Assembly: GCF_900113635.1 (NCBI RefSeq)
Contig: NZ_FOQA01000003.1
Span: 1-48,485 of the forward strand
DNA length: 48,485 nucleotides
Source of the DNA: Tindallia magadiensis
GTDB lineage: Bacteria; Bacillota; Clostridia; Peptostreptococcales; Tindalliaceae
Direction of reading: 5' to 3'
Below the pieces are notes generated by a model. That model was not told the DNA's origin, did no database searches, and worked only from the letters and a program-made list of their open reading frames with translations. Both the position numbers and the translations under genes were made by a program. Positions 8,577-19,458 of this stretch are shown here, piece after piece; the stretch's first letter is position 1, and each line of letters starts with the position of its first letter.

Positions 8577-9737
8577 ATGCGTTTTATACATACGTCAGAC
8601 TGGCATCTGGGAAAAGTATTACGGGAACAGTCTTTGCTGGAAGACCAGAAGGATATGCTGGGAAAATTAATAGGGATGATAGAGAAAGAAAAACCGGATG
8701 CACTGGTGGTAGCAGGCGACCTTTACGATCAATCCGTTCCTTCAGCAGAAGCGATAAAATTATTGGATCAAACCTTACATCAGATTGTGGTCACCTTAAA
8801 AACACCGGTGTTGGCCATTGTTGGTAATCATGACAGTGCGGAAAGAGTACGTTTCGGAAACCGGTTAATGAAACAGGTAGGCTACCATGTAACCGGTAGT
8901 TTGGAAGAAGCCTTTGAACCGGTGGTGTTGCAGGATCAACACGGGCCAGTCCATCTATTTCTTGTTCCTTATCTGACACCGGGACATATTCGGGACTATT
9001 TTGAAATGGAAAAAAATCCTAGTTATGCAGAAGCCTATCAGAAAATCATGGAAGTGATTCAGCAAAAAAAAGATCCAGCCGTACGAAGTGTGCTGGTAAC
9101 CCATGCCTTTGTTACGCCGGGAGGCGTGAAAATGGAAGGAACTTCCGAATCGGAACGACCCTTACCTTCTGTAGGCGGCGCAGAACAAGTGCCAGCAGAG
9201 ATCTTTGACGGATTTCACTATGTCGCACTGGGGCATTTGCATCGGGAAATGAAAGTAGGTAAGGAAACCCTTCGATATTCCGGTTCTCCCTTAAAATATT
9301 CCATCAGCGAAGAAGGACATCAAAAAGGAGTGACCTTAGTAGAAATGGACAAAGCTGGCCAGGTGTCCGTATCGAAAATGCCTATAGAACCAAGGAGAGA
9401 TCTGCGAACGGTGGAAGGCGGTTTTCAGGAGCTATTACGGCATGAAAAATCTGAGGATTATGTGTTTCTTCAATTACAGGATTTGGAACCGGTACCGGAT
9501 GCCATGGAACGAATCCGGACGGTATACCCTAACGCCCTTCACCTAGGTCGAAAACATGCCCGTGAGACCGGGGAAATCATAGGGGAAGCAGAAGCTATTG
9601 GCCAGAAGCATCCCCTGCAAATCATTACCGACTTTTATGAACAGGTACAGGGAGAAAAGCCAGACCCATTATCCCAAAGAATAGTGGAAGAAGTCTTAGA
9701 ATCACTGATCAGAGAAGAGAGGGAGGACATCCTATGA
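8577..9737 (+). CDS. sbcD: Exonuclease SbcCD subunit D (Mre11-like nuclease)
   Basis: MRFIHTSDWHLGK...VVAGDLYD...GNHD...GHLH calcineurin-like phosphoesterase motifs. Confidence 0.9.
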   Translation: MRFIHTSDWHLGKVLREQSLLEDQKDMLGKLIGMIEKEKPDALVVAGDLYDQSVPSAEAIKLLDQTLHQIVVTLKTPVLAIVGNHDSAERVRFGNRLMKQVGYHVTGSLEEAFEPVVLQDQHGPVHLFLVPYLTPGHIRDYFEMEKNPSYAEAYQKIMEVIQQKKDPAVRSVLVTHAFVTPGGVKMEGTSESERPLPSVGGAEQVPAEIFDGFHYVALGHLHREMKVGKETLRYSGSPLKYSISEEGHQKGVTLVEMDKAGQVSVSKMPIEPRRDLRTVEGGFQELLRHEKSEDYVFLQLQDLEPVPDAMERIRTVYPNALHLGRKHARETGEIIGEAEAIGQKHPLQIITDFYEQVQGEKPDPLSQRIVEEVLESLIREEREDIL

Positions 9738-12700
9738 TTCTGAACCAGCTGACAATCCAGGCGCTGGGACCATATAAAGGAAAAGAAGTCATCGATTTTG
9801 ACTTATTAAATAAAGCACAGCTTTTTGCAATCTCCGGAAAGACAGGGGCTGGCAAAACCGCCATTTTTGATGGCATTTGCTATGCCCTTTACGGAAGAGC
9901 CAGTGGGCAACATCGTAGCAATGCAGAAGAATTGCGTTGCATCTATGCGGAAGATCAGGATTATACAGAGGCAAGTTTGGAATTTACAGTTCGTGGTTCT
10001 CGCTACCGAGCCCGTCGGCAGATGGGTCATATCAAGAAGAACAATAAAAGCAAAACGGGCGGTGGGATTGAACTTCACCGATGGATTTTTTTGAAAGAAA
10101 AAGAGGATTATGGCTGGGAATCCATGCTGGAATCCGGAAAAGTGAATGAAATGAACGAAAAAATCATGGCCCTAACCGGTTTAGACGTGGATCAGTTTCG
10201 GCAAATTGTCATGCTGCCTCAGGGAGAATTTGAAAAACTACTATTAGCAAAGGCAGAGGATAAAAAACGTATTTTACGCCAAATATTTCACACCAATCTG
10301 TATCAGCGGTTTACAGAAAAATTAGATCAGCGGAGAAAAGAAGTAGATCAGGAATATTTTCAGCTTCGTCAAAACCTTCGAAGTCGGGAAGATAGTTTGG
10401 AAGAATTACTTAAGGAAGAGGAAGCGTTGGAAAGCAATCTACTGCTAAAGGAAAAGGAACGAAATACCTACCAGTTGATGAAGGCCTTAGCAAAGGATAT
10501 GGACCGGTTAGAAGAAAGAAAAACAGGCTTGGAAACTCAATTGGAAAAACAGGACGAACTGATTCAAAAGGCAGACGAACACTATTACAAAGCCAAGGAA
10601 AACAATCGGAAATTAGAAGAACTGGAAGCGGAACGTCAAAAGATGAAGAGCCTTGAAGAACAACAGGAAAAAATGAAAAGCTGGCAACTTTCTCTGGAAG
10701 AAGCGGAAAAAGCCCAAAAAATCCAGCATTTTTATCAGCGAAAGAAAGAAACCGAAGAAACCTGCGTCCAAAAAACAAAGGTGCTGAAGGAGGCAAAAGA
10801 AGAAGCCGTCAGGGTGGAAGAAAAGAGGATACAAGCAGAGAAAGAATGGGAAGAAGAGGAAAAGAAGAAGCCTTACCGCAAAGAAATAGAAAAAGCTTAT
10901 GATCGGATCCTAGAAGCACTTCCAAAAGTAGAAGAACTATCCCGAAAAAAAGAGAGACTCCACTTAGGGCAAAAAGAAGCTGAAGCCTATGAAAAAAAGA
11001 TGGAGGACCTTTCACAACGGCAGGAGCTAGGGGAAAAAAGGCTAAAGGAACTTAGAAAAGAACAGGAGCAGGCCTCCGAAGCCTTAGAAAAAGAAGCGAA
11101 ACTTATTAAACAGCAAGCAAAGCTTCAGCAAGACTGCCAGGAACTTCAAGAGCTAATCCGAAGGAAGGAGGAGGAAAAACGTTTAAGCAAACAGAAGGAA
11201 AAAGCAGAGGCAAAGCTTAAGAGCGACAGGAAAGAAGCCCAGAAAGTAGAAGAAAAGTGGCTTAATAACCAAGCCAGATGGTTAGCGATGAACTTGCAGG
11301 AAGGGGAACCTTGTCCGGTTTGTGGCAGTTTGGAACATCCGGAGAAGGCAACTGGTACTGGGGAAGAAATCAACCGAAAAACCATGGAAGAAGCAAAAGA
11401 GAAGGAAAAAAAGGCCAACGACGCTTACGTTCAAGTAGCAACAAAATGGGAGACGGTTCGCACAGCCTTAGAAGAAGGACTACAAAAAAGAGAAGATCTG
11501 TTGGGCAAGAAGGACAAACTAGAAGACATTGAAAAAAGCAAGCAAGAAGAAAAACAAAGGCTTGACGAAGAACTGACAGCAATGGAAGTCCAGAGACAGA
11601 AATATGAGCAGGGGAAAGAAGCCCTGCGAAAAGGCGAAAAAGCATTACTGGAATTGACGGAAAAACACAAAGAAATGGGAGCGAAGCAACAAGAGCTGAC
11701 AGCGGAAATCGCAACCTTACAGGGGCAGGTGCAAAGCATCGAAGAAGCTTTGCCGGAGCATCTTTTAGAGCTAAAAGAATTGGAGAAGCAAAAGCAAAAC
11801 CTGGAAGCAAAGATAGAAGAAGCAAAAAAAGCTTACGAAAAGGCAGAAAGCCAATATAAGGATTGGCGAGAAAAACAAGCAGCCGCAACCGTGACCCTGG
11901 AATATGCGGATAAGAACCAAAAAGAAGCAAAGAAGGCGATGGAAAACGTAGCGGAACAATGGAAAGAAAAATTAGCTCAGGAAGGCTTTGAATCCATGGA
12001 GGCTTATGTAGCCGCCCATCGAACAGAAGAGAAAATGAAGAAACTTCGAGAAGCTTTGCAACAGTATAAAGAACAACGAAGCCTGACGGAAGAAAAGGTG
12101 AAAAGCTTAGAGATCCTTTTGAAGAAAGTGGAAAAAGAGGATCTGGAAGCCGTGCTTCATCATTGTCAACAATTGAGGCAGGAACAAAAGAAATACCAAA
12201 AGGAGCTAGGAAGAAAAGAAGCACTTCTGAGAGAAACCGGCAGCTTAAAAAGTTATATTGAAAAAGAATGGGAAAAAATGCAAGAAAGAGAAGAAGAACG
12301 AAATCGAATCGCTAACCTGTACCAATGTGCCAACGGGACAGGGAACGAACAAAAATTGGCGTTGGAAACCTATGTGCTACAACATTATTTTCATCGGGTA
12401 CTAAAAGCGGCCAATCTTCGATTGGATCAGCTAACCATGGGAAGGTACCGGCTGGTAGCAGATCAGGAGCGGGAAAAACATGGAGGACGCAGTGGGCTGG
12501 GCATTGATGTCATCGATGTTTTTAATGAACAGCAACGAAGTGTCCGGACATTTTCCGGCGGCGAAAAGTTTAATGCTTCCCTTTGTCTGGCCCTAGGTCT
12601 TTTTGATGTAATCCAAAGCGAAAGCGGCGGTACAGAAATGAAAACCATGTTTATTGACGAAGGTTTCGGCTCTCTTGATACACAGGAATCTTTACCTAAA

Positions 12701-12853
12701 GCCATTCAAATGCTTAACCAAATTCAGGAAACCGGTCGGGTGATTGGCGTTATTTCTCATGTTAGTGAAATGAAAGAACAGTTACCGGCTATACTGGAAG
12801 TCATCAAGGCTTCGGATGGCAGCAGTACTACCAGAATAAAAGTAAATGCCTGA
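9734..12853 (+). CDS. sbcC: Exonuclease SbcCD subunit C (Rad50-like ATPase)
   Basis: Walker A ISGKTGAGKTAIFD. Long KE-rich coiled coil. Zinc hook CPVCGS. C-terminal FSGGEKFNASLCLALGL...MFIDEGFGSLD. Overlaps sbcD by 4 nt. Confidence 0.9.
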   Translation: MILNQLTIQALGPYKGKEVIDFDLLNKAQLFAISGKTGAGKTAIFDGICYALYGRASGQHRSNAEELRCIYAEDQDYTEASLEFTVRGSRYRARRQMGHIKKNNKSKTGGGIELHRWIFLKEKEDYGWESMLESGKVNEMNEKIMALTGLDVDQFRQIVMLPQGEFEKLLLAKAEDKKRILRQIFHTNLYQRFTEKLDQRRKEVDQEYFQLRQNLRSREDSLEELLKEEEALESNLLLKEKERNTYQLMKALAKDMDRLEERKTGLETQLEKQDELIQKADEHYYKAKENNRKLEELEAERQKMKSLEEQQEKMKSWQLSLEEAEKAQKIQHFYQRKKETEETCVQKTKVLKEAKEEAVRVEEKRIQAEKEWEEEEKKKPYRKEIEKAYDRILEALPKVEELSRKKERLHLGQKEAEAYEKKMEDLSQRQELGEKRLKELRKEQEQASEALEKEAKLIKQQAKLQQDCQELQELIRRKEEEKRLSKQKEKAEAKLKSDRKEAQKVEEKWLNNQARWLAMNLQEGEPCPVCGSLEHPEKATGTGEEINRKTMEEAKEKEKKANDAYVQVATKWETVRTALEEGLQKREDLLGKKDKLEDIEKSKQEEKQRLDEELTAMEVQRQKYEQGKEALRKGEKALLELTEKHKEMGAKQQELTAEIATLQGQVQSIEEALPEHLLELKELEKQKQNLEAKIEEAKKAYEKAESQYKDWREKQAAATVTLEYADKNQKEAKKAMENVAEQWKEKLAQEGFESMEAYVAAHRTEEKMKKLREALQQYKEQRSLTEEKVKSLEILLKKVEKEDLEAVLHHCQQLRQEQKKYQKELGRKEALLRETGSLKSYIEKEWEKMQEREEERNRIANLYQCANGTGNEQKLALETYVLQHYFHRVLKAANLRLDQLTMGRYRLVADQEREKHGGRSGLGIDVIDVFNEQQRSVRTFSGGEKFNASLCLALGLFDVIQSESGGTEMKTMFIDEGFGSLDTQESLPKAIQMLNQIQETGRVIGVISHVSEMKEQLPAILEVIKASDGSSTTRIKVNA

Positions 12854-13122
12854 GGGCTGGAAAAGGATACCGTCATCTTTAGGAAACTGTCCACATCATA
12901 GGGACGTTTGAATTATATGAAATGACGAACATTTCTTTTAATTTGATTCATTCCCTAAAATTCAAAGAAAAGACGTTTTTTTGATGATGACGATAAAAAT
13001 AATATGTTTTGACGGAAGGACATCAATTTGTTAGAATTAAATGAAAGACATACTGAAAACGGTTGCATCATCCGTCGTTTGTTTTAATATCTTGGTAGGA
13101 GAAGAAAAGGAGTGGTTTGCCA

Positions 13123-14151
13123 ATGAAAGCCCTTGTAAAAAAACACCGTAGCCCTGGAATCTGGTTAGAAGATGTTCCAGAACCAGAAGTTGGAAAAAAT
13201 GACGTATTAATTAAAATCAAACAAACCTCTGTATGTGGTACAGACGTCCATATTTACCAGTGGGATGACTGGTCGCAGCAAACAATCCCTGTACCGATGA
13301 CCATTGGCCATGAATTTGTAGGCGAAGTGGTAGCTATGGGAGAAAATGTTCATGATGTTCAGATAGGAGAAATTGTCTCTGGAGAAGGCCATTTAGTATG
13401 TGGACGTTGTCGTAACTGTCTGGCAGGTCGGCGTCATCTTTGCATGAACACCAGTGGAGTAGGCGTGAATCGTTCTGGCGCCTTTGCGGAATACCTTTCC
13501 ATTCCTGTTACTAATGTGTGGCACTGTGATCCATCCATTCCTTTGGATGTGCTTAGCTGTTTTGATCCATTAGGCAATGCGGTGCATACCGCCCTTAGCT
13601 TTGATGTATTAGGGGAAGATGTGTTGATTACGGGTGCTGGGCCTATTGGTATTATGGCGGCGGCGGTTGTTCGACATGCAGGTGCCCGTCATGTAGTCAT
13701 TACAGATGTGAATGAATACCGACTGGATTTGGCCCGAAAAATGGGCGTGACTCGAGCGGTTAATGTTCAAAACACGAAAGTAGAAGACGTGATGAAAGAC
13801 CTTGGCATGAAGGAAGGCTTTGATGTGGGACTGGAAATGTCCGGAAATGCTTCCGCCTTCCACAGCATGATTCAGACCATGTGTCATGGTGGTAAAATTG
13901 CCGTACTGGGAATCCAGCAGCCGGATACAAAAGTTGACTGGAATACCATTGTCTTTAATGGCCTTACTCTAAAAGGAATTTATGGAAGAGAAATGTACGA
14001 AACCTGGTATAAAATGACGGCTATGATTCAATCAGGCCTGGATATTTCACCAGTCATTACCCATCATTTTCATTACACTGAATTTGAAAAAGCCTTCGAG
14101 TTAATGGCATCTGGAAACTCCGGTAAAATTGTGTTAAACTGGGAAGACTAG
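13123..14151 (+). CDS. tdh: L-threonine 3-dehydrogenase
   Basis: Zn-dependent MDR fold: [17 protein letters not shown]-x2-C-x2-C (CGRCRNC), GAGPIG. RBS aaaggag with ATG 13123. Confidence 0.85.
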   Translation: MKALVKKHRSPGIWLEDVPEPEVGKNDVLIKIKQTSVCGTDVHIYQWDDWSQQTIPVPMTIGHEFVGEVVAMGENVHDVQIGEIVSGEGHLVCGRCRNCLAGRRHLCMNTSGVGVNRSGAFAEYLSIPVTNVWHCDPSIPLDVLSCFDPLGNAVHTALSFDVLGEDVLITGAGPIGIMAAAVVRHAGARHVVITDVNEYRLDLARKMGVTRAVNVQNTKVEDVMKDLGMKEGFDVGLEMSGNASAFHSMIQTMCHGGKIAVLGIQQPDTKVDWNTIVFNGLTLKGIYGREMYETWYKMTAMIQSGLDISPVITHHFHYTEFEKAFELMASGNSGKIVLNWED

Positions 14152-14232
14152 GCTTATAATAGATGATCAACCTATCGAAGGAAGCTTACAATAGAACGTA
14201 AAATAGATTTTGAAATAGAAAGGAAGCGTATT

Positions 14233-15423
14233 ATGTTTACAACCGATCAAAAACAACATTATCATCATATTCTTGCTGAGATCAAGGAACAGGGACTTTG
14301 GAAAGAAGAGCGGATTATATCTGGTCCTCAGCATTCTCGAATCAATACCACCCAGGAAGAAAATGTAATTAATTTATGTGCCAACAATTACCTGGGACTT
14401 TCCAGTCATCCACGTGTTATCGAAGCAGCTAAAAACAGCTATGATCACTGGGGATATGGACTTTCCTCTGTAAGGTTTATTTGTGGAACGCAGTCTGTTC
14501 ATAAAGACTTGGAAGCCGGCCTGACTTCTTTTCTGGGAACAGAGGACACCATTCTGTATTCCTCTTGCTTCGATGCTAATGGTGGACTCTTTGAAACCAT
14601 CCTGGGAGAAAAAGATACCATTATCAGTGATGAACTAAATCATGCCAGCATTATTGATGGAATGAGGCTTTGCAAAGCAAAAAAATTAATCTACAAAAAT
14701 AACAATTTAGAAGATCTGGAAGCCAAACTGAAAGAACGGCAAAAAGAAGGAATTACACTGATTGCTACAGATGGTGTTTTTTCCATGGACGGCATTGTAG
14801 CCGATCTAAAAGGCATCTGTGATTTGGCGGATCAATATGGAGCTATGGTAATGGTAGATGACAGCCATGCTGTTGGTTTTATGGGGAAAAAGGGTCGCGG
14901 AACCCATGAGCATTGTGATGTGATGGAGCGAGTGGATATCATCACAGGAACTCTTGGGAAAGCATTGGGAGGCGCTAGTGGCGGTTATACCAGTGGTCGC
15001 AAAGAAATTATTGATTTGTTGCGCCAGCGCAGCCGTCCCTATCTTTTCTCTAACACCTTGGCGCCGGCTATTGCGGCTGCCTCTTTAGAAGTATTAAAAC
15101 TGCTTTCTGAGTCTACGGAATATAGGGATCGGGTTCATGAAAACACCCGTTATTTCCGAGAGCGCCTGACTGAAATCGGCTACACCACCATTCCGGGAGA
15201 TCATCCGATTGTCCCTGTAATGTTGGGAGACGCTGTATTGGCACAAAAAATGGCGGATGATTTATTAAGCCGTGGTTTATACGTGATAGGCTTCTTCTTC
15301 CCGGTAGTACCAAAAGGAAAAGCCCGCATCCGAACTCAAATTTCGGCAGCTCATAGCCGTGAAGAGTTGGATCAGGCGTTGGAAGCTTTTCAACAATCTT
15401 ATGACAAGTTCTTAAAAGCATAA
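14233..15423 (+). CDS. kbl: 2-amino-3-ketobutyrate CoA ligase (glycine C-acetyltransferase)
   Basis: PLP alpha-oxoamine synthase motifs: [27 protein letters not shown]. Immediately downstream of tdh. Confidence 0.9.
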   Translation: MFTTDQKQHYHHILAEIKEQGLWKEERIISGPQHSRINTTQEENVINLCANNYLGLSSHPRVIEAAKNSYDHWGYGLSSVRFICGTQSVHKDLEAGLTSFLGTEDTILYSSCFDANGGLFETILGEKDTIISDELNHASIIDGMRLCKAKKLIYKNNNLEDLEAKLKERQKEGITLIATDGVFSMDGIVADLKGICDLADQYGAMVMVDDSHAVGFMGKKGRGTHEHCDVMERVDIITGTLGKALGGASGGYTSGRKEIIDLLRQRSRPYLFSNTLAPAIAAASLEVLKLLSESTEYRDRVHENTRYFRERLTEIGYTTIPGDHPIVPVMLGDAVLAQKMADDLLSRGLYVIGFFFPVVPKGKARIRTQISAAHSREELDQALEAFQQSYDKFLKA

Positions 15424-15442
15424 TACTGTTTCCTGGCTAATA

Positions 15443-15466
15443 CCACCAGCGAAAGCTGGTGGTTTA
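15443..15466 (+). terminator. Weak hairpin after kbl (ccaccagc-gaaa-gctggtgg + ttt)
   Basis: 8-bp perfect stem with GAAA loop and a short U-tract. May be a partial terminator or attenuator before the transporter gene. Confidence 0.3.
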
Positions 15467-15503
15467 AGCAAAATAAAATTAATTTTGAAAGGGGCAAGGA
15501 ATT

Positions 15504-16667
15504 ATGAAGAACATGGGACTCATTCCCAAACTCATTATCGGTATTATTGTCGGGGTTATTATTGGCCTCACCATGCCGGACCATGTAGGACGTGTGCTGT
15601 ATACGTTCACACAAATTTTCGGACAACTACTTGGTTACATTGTACCGCTCATCATTATCGGATTTATTATTCCGGGAATTGCTGAGTTAGGCGAAAAGGC
15701 AGGAAAACTGTTAGGTGCTACGGCAGCTATTGCCTATGCATCCACAGTGTTAGCGGGGATTGCGGCATTTATTATCTCCAGCCTGATCATTCCAGCTATT
15801 GTAACAGAAGGCGCAGTTGCAGCAGAATCTTCAGGAATAAAGCCAATTCTTGAGCTAAATATTCCTCCAATTATGGGTGTTATGACAGCCTTGGTTACGG
15901 CCTTTATCTTTGGCCTGGGAATCAACTTCCTTCGTCATCAGGAAGCAAAAACGGCACTGTTTGACTTTATGGAAGAATTCCGTGCTATCATTGTTATGTT
16001 TATTAAAAATGTGATCATTCCATTACTTCCTATTTATATCGCGGGTATTTTTGCCAACATGGCAGCCGAAGGGGATGCATTTGCGACGCTAGGTGTATTT
16101 GCTCAGGTCTTTGCATTAATCCTTGTGATGCATATCGGTTACCTAATCGCAATTTATGTGGTGGCAGGAATGCGTAGTGGAAAAAATCCATTTACATCTC
16201 TGAAAAATATGTTGCCGGCCTATGCAACCGCTCTGGGAACGATGTCTAGTGCGGCTACCATACCGGTAACTTTGAGAAGTGCTAAAACCAATTCTATTTC
16301 TGAACGAGTGGCAGATTTTGTCATTCCTCTATCAGCCACTATCCATCTGGCTGGAAGTACAATGACCTTAGTGGCATGCTCCGTTGCTGTGTTGGCAATG
16401 AATGGATTAAGCCCTAATTTTTCTGAATATTTACCCTTTATTTTATTGTTAGGCGTTACCATGGTGGCGGCACCGGGTGTTCCTGGTGGTGCGGTTATGG
16501 CAGCACTGGGCCTACTTTCTTCAATCCTAGGATTTACAGAAGCACAAATCGGTCTTATGATCGGTCTTTACATGGCACAAGATAGTTTTGGAACCGCCTG
16601 CAACGTTACAGGAGACGGTGCCATTGCTATTATCGTAGACTCTTTTTACAAGAAAGAAGCCGCTTAA
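15504..16667 (+). CDS. sstT: Dicarboxylate/amino acid:cation symporter family transporter, SstT-like serine/threonine symporter
   Basis: Polytopic membrane protein. SSAATIP and NVTGDGA motifs resemble SstT/DAACS (SSAANIP). Position after tdh-kbl fits threonine uptake. Confidence 0.6.
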   Translation: MKNMGLIPKLIIGIIVGVIIGLTMPDHVGRVLYTFTQIFGQLLGYIVPLIIIGFIIPGIAELGEKAGKLLGATAAIAYASTVLAGIAAFIISSLIIPAIVTEGAVAAESSGIKPILELNIPPIMGVMTALVTAFIFGLGINFLRHQEAKTALFDFMEEFRAIIVMFIKNVIIPLLPIYIAGIFANMAAEGDAFATLGVFAQVFALILVMHIGYLIAIYVVAGMRSGKNPFTSLKNMLPAYATALGTMSSAATIPVTLRSAKTNSISERVADFVIPLSATIHLAGSTMTLVACSVAVLAMNGLSPNFSEYLPFILLLGVTMVAAPGVPGGAVMAALGLLSSILGFTEAQIGLMIGLYMAQDSFGTACNVTGDGAIAIIVDSFYKKEAA

Positions 16668-16714
16668 AAAAAGATAACAGCGCTTGTGTCTTGTGGTGGT
16701 CTGTGAGATCAAAA

Positions 16715-16750
16715 AACCTATCGGTTGATTATCGATAGGTTTTTTTCTTT
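16715..16750 (+). terminator. Intrinsic terminator
   Basis: aacctatcg...cgataggtt hairpin followed by tttttttcttttt. Confidence 0.6.
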
Positions 16751-16833
16751 TTCTGATGAAAAAGGATTAGCCTGTGTGAAACCCTAGGAATCGGGTATTA
16801 TCTAAAAAGCCTTAACAGAGAAGGGGGAGCAGG

Positions 16834-17484
16834 ATGATTTTTCGCATTTTTGCCTTATATCGGGAACGGTCTTCTTTTTTTGTGGAGCTGTTTATCCAGC
16901 ATCTATATATAACGATGATTGCCGTTCTCTTCATTACGACTATTGGGCTGACCGTTGGAATCCTGATGACTCGGAATCGTTGGTTAGCAGGCGGAGTTCT
17001 TAGAGTCACCAGTTTTTTATATACCATTCCCTCTATTGCCCTCTTCGGCGTATTGGTATCCTTAACGGGAATAGGGCTGAAAAGTGCCTTAACCGCCATT
17101 GTATTGTATGGACTGCTTCCGATGATTCGCAGTACCTATACCGGGCTAAAAGAAGTGGATAGGGAGGTAGTGGAAGCAGCCGTTGGTATGGGCAGTACTC
17201 CTTGGCAATTGCTCTATCGGATTCAGCTTCCCCTGGCTTTTCCAGTGATTTTCAGCGGGTTTCGCACCATGGTGGTGATGACCATCGCTTTAGGTGGGAT
17301 TGCTTCTTTTATTGGTGCTGGAGGGATGGGGCGAGCCATTTGGCGCGGTATTTCAACCAATTTTCCGGAAATGACTATTGCTGGAAGTTTGCTAATCGCA
17401 GCTCTGGCAATTCTGGCGGATTGTCTATTGGAAATGATTGAAAAATTAGTACGTTATCGCTTTTTAGGAGAAGGAGGAAAATAA
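16834..17484 (+). CDS. ABC transporter permease, OpuC/OpuB-type (glycine betaine/choline/carnitine)
   Basis: Six-TM permease with the EAA-like loop region of the BPD_transp_1 family. RBS aagggggag. Confidence 0.75.
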   Translation: MIFRIFALYRERSSFFVELFIQHLYITMIAVLFITTIGLTVGILMTRNRWLAGGVLRVTSFLYTIPSIALFGVLVSLTGIGLKSALTAIVLYGLLPMIRSTYTGLKEVDREVVEAAVGMGSTPWQLLYRIQLPLAFPVIFSGFRTMVVMTIALGGIASFIGAGGMGRAIWRGISTNFPEMTIAGSLLIAALAILADCLLEMIEKLVRYRFLGEGGK

Positions 17485-17485
17485 A

Positions 17486-18463
17486 ATGAACAATGCAGAT
17501 GAAAAAAACATGATAAAAGGTAATTCTGAGAAAAACAATTGGCCTAAAAGACATATATTCCATAAAGTGGCCATCATACTACTCGTGATAACGCTGACAG
17601 CAGGAGTATTGGCAGCTTGCAGTGGCACAGCCGATGGCCAGGAAGAGCCTAAAAAAGTGGTGCTGGCCAGCAAGCCTATGACAGAGCAGTACATTCTGGC
17701 AGAAATCCTGACACTGCTGATTGAAGCAGAAACAGACATTGAAGTAGAACAAACCCTGGGAATCGGTGGAGGAACCTCCAATATTCATCCGGCCATGGAA
17801 AATGGCGAAATCGATCTGTATCCGGAATATACGGGCACCGGCTGGCTATTTGTATTAAAAGAAGAAGTGCTTCGGGATCCGGATGAGCTTTATGAAGCCG
17901 TAAAGGCTGCTTATAGGGAAGAATACGGCATTCACTGGTCTGGGCGCTATGGTCTGAATAATACCTATAGCATTGCCGTGACACCGGAAGCAGCAGAAAC
18001 CTACGACTTAAAGACGCTTTCAGATCTGGGAAAAGTCAGCCCGGAACTAACTTTTGCTGCCAACGCAGATTTTCTGGAACGGGATGATGGATATCCGGGG
18101 CTGGAAGAAACCTACGGCTTTGCCTTTGGGGATATAAAAGAAATAGATATCGGCCTTCGCTACCAGTCCATCCAGAGTGATGATATTGATGCCATTACCG
18201 TTTTTTCCACCGATGGTCAATTACAGGATGCGGATGTAGTCCTGTTGGAAGACGATAAGAACTTCTTTGTATTCTATGATGGTGCTACGCTGATCCGTCA
18301 GGAAACCTTGGACCGCTATCCGGAACTGGAAGAAGTGTTGGAAAAACTAACGGGTCTAATTCCTAATGAAGAAATGATTGCCATGAATTATGCCGTAGAA
18401 GTGGAAAACGAAGATCCGGCCAAAGTGGCTGAAGATTTCTTGCGGGAGAAGGGACTGCTGTAA
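17486..18463 (+). CDS. Quaternary-amine substrate-binding lipoprotein (OpuAC/OpuCC family)
   Basis: Lipobox LAAC after the signal peptide. Typical OpuAC-fold length. Sits between the permease and the ATPase. Confidence 0.75.
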   Translation: MNNADEKNMIKGNSEKNNWPKRHIFHKVAIILLVITLTAGVLAACSGTADGQEEPKKVVLASKPMTEQYILAEILTLLIEAETDIEVEQTLGIGGGTSNIHPAMENGEIDLYPEYTGTGWLFVLKEEVLRDPDELYEAVKAAYREEYGIHWSGRYGLNNTYSIAVTPEAAETYDLKTLSDLGKVSPELTFAANADFLERDDGYPGLEETYGFAFGDIKEIDIGLRYQSIQSDDIDAITVFSTDGQLQDADVVLLEDDKNFFVFYDGATLIRQETLDRYPELEEVLEKLTGLIPNEEMIAMNYAVEVENEDPAKVAEDFLREKGLL

Positions 18464-19291
18464 ATGGCTGTCATCGAATTTCAGAAAGTCACCAAAGCCT
18501 ACGGCGATGAAGGCGATGTGCTGAAAGGACTGGATCTGACCGTAGAAAAAGGAGAATTCCTCACGCTGTTGGGAGAATCTGGCTGTGGGAAAACCACGTT
18601 ACTGAAAATCATTAACCGGATGGTTTCTTTTGATACTGGCCATGTTTGGATCAGAGGACGACTTTTGAGTGAATGGGATATTGTCACTCTCCGTCGGGAA
18701 ATTGGTTACGTCATTCAACAAATTGGCCTTTTTCCCCATATGACGGTGATGAACAACGTGGCCTATGTCCTCTCTCTGCAGGGAATTCAAAAGCCGAAAC
18801 AGCGGCAGCGGGCTGAGGAACTGATGGAGCTGGTGGGTCTGCCCTGGGAATTTCTGAATCGCTATCCAAGAGAACTGAGTGGTGGGCAGCGTCAACGGGT
18901 AGGCGTGGCCAGAGCTCTGGCGGCCAGTCCAGAAATTATTCTGATGGACGAACCCTTCGGTGCTGTGGACGAACAGACCCGAAGCCTGCTGCAGGATGAA
19001 TTGCTGAAAATCCATCAGCAGCTAAAATGCACCATTATCTTTGTGACCCATGATATCCAAGAAGCCGTGAAACTGGGCAGCCGGATTGTGCTGATGAACA
19101 AAGGAATTATCGAACAGACCGGAACCAAGGAAGATTTAATCCTTCGGCCGGCAAATGATTTTGTTCGCCGCTTTATGGGAATCAAGGGCTTTATGGCATT
19201 GCTGGATGAAAAGGAAATGAAAGCTCTTTATCAGCAGGTACTGGAAGAGAAGATTAGCCTGGAAGAAGTTTATCGAAGTTTAACGGGTTAA
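18464..19291 (+). CDS. ABC transporter ATP-binding protein (short, no CBS domains)
   Basis: Walker A GESGCGKTT. Signature LSGGQRQRV. Walker B ILMDEPF. Only 275 aa, so it lacks the tandem CBS domains of OpuCA/OpuAA. Confidence 0.85.
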   Translation: MAVIEFQKVTKAYGDEGDVLKGLDLTVEKGEFLTLLGESGCGKTTLLKIINRMVSFDTGHVWIRGRLLSEWDIVTLRREIGYVIQQIGLFPHMTVMNNVAYVLSLQGIQKPKQRQRAEELMELVGLPWEFLNRYPRELSGGQRQRVGVARALAASPEIILMDEPFGAVDEQTRSLLQDELLKIHQQLKCTIIFVTHDIQEAVKLGSRIVLMNKGIIEQTGTKEDLILRPANDFVRRFMGIKGFMALLDEKEMKALYQQVLEEKISLEEVYRSLTG

Positions 19292-19312
19292 TAGATACAA
19301 ATACAATTATAA

Positions 19313-19342
19313 AGGCAGAGGCATAATGCTTCTGTCTTTTTG
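19313..19342 (+). terminator. Intrinsic terminator after the ABC operon
   Basis: aggcagagg-cataatg-cttctgtct (9 bp with 2 G:U pairs) followed by ttttt. Confidence 0.45.
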
Positions 19343-19458
19343 TTGTGCTTTAAAAATTACTCTTATAATGCTAATAGAAAATTTGGATAGTCTCAAACCA
19401 TTTATCCGATTGATAGAAAGGATCAGGGGTATTTTAGAAAGGATAGGAGGCGATAAGG

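Noticed and set aside
9789-12705. Many 60-280-aa ORFs antisense or out of frame inside sbcC, for example 10410-10796, 11370-12224 and 11431-11739
   Set aside because: They are artefacts of the GAA/AAG-rich coiled-coil coding sequence of sbcC. They have low-complexity F/L/S-rich translations and no RBS.
12854-13122. Possible riboswitch (glycine, T-box or other) in the 270-bp leader of tdh
   Set aside because: No conserved aptamer blocks recognisable by eye. Only short hairpins. Would need a covariance-model scan such as Rfam.
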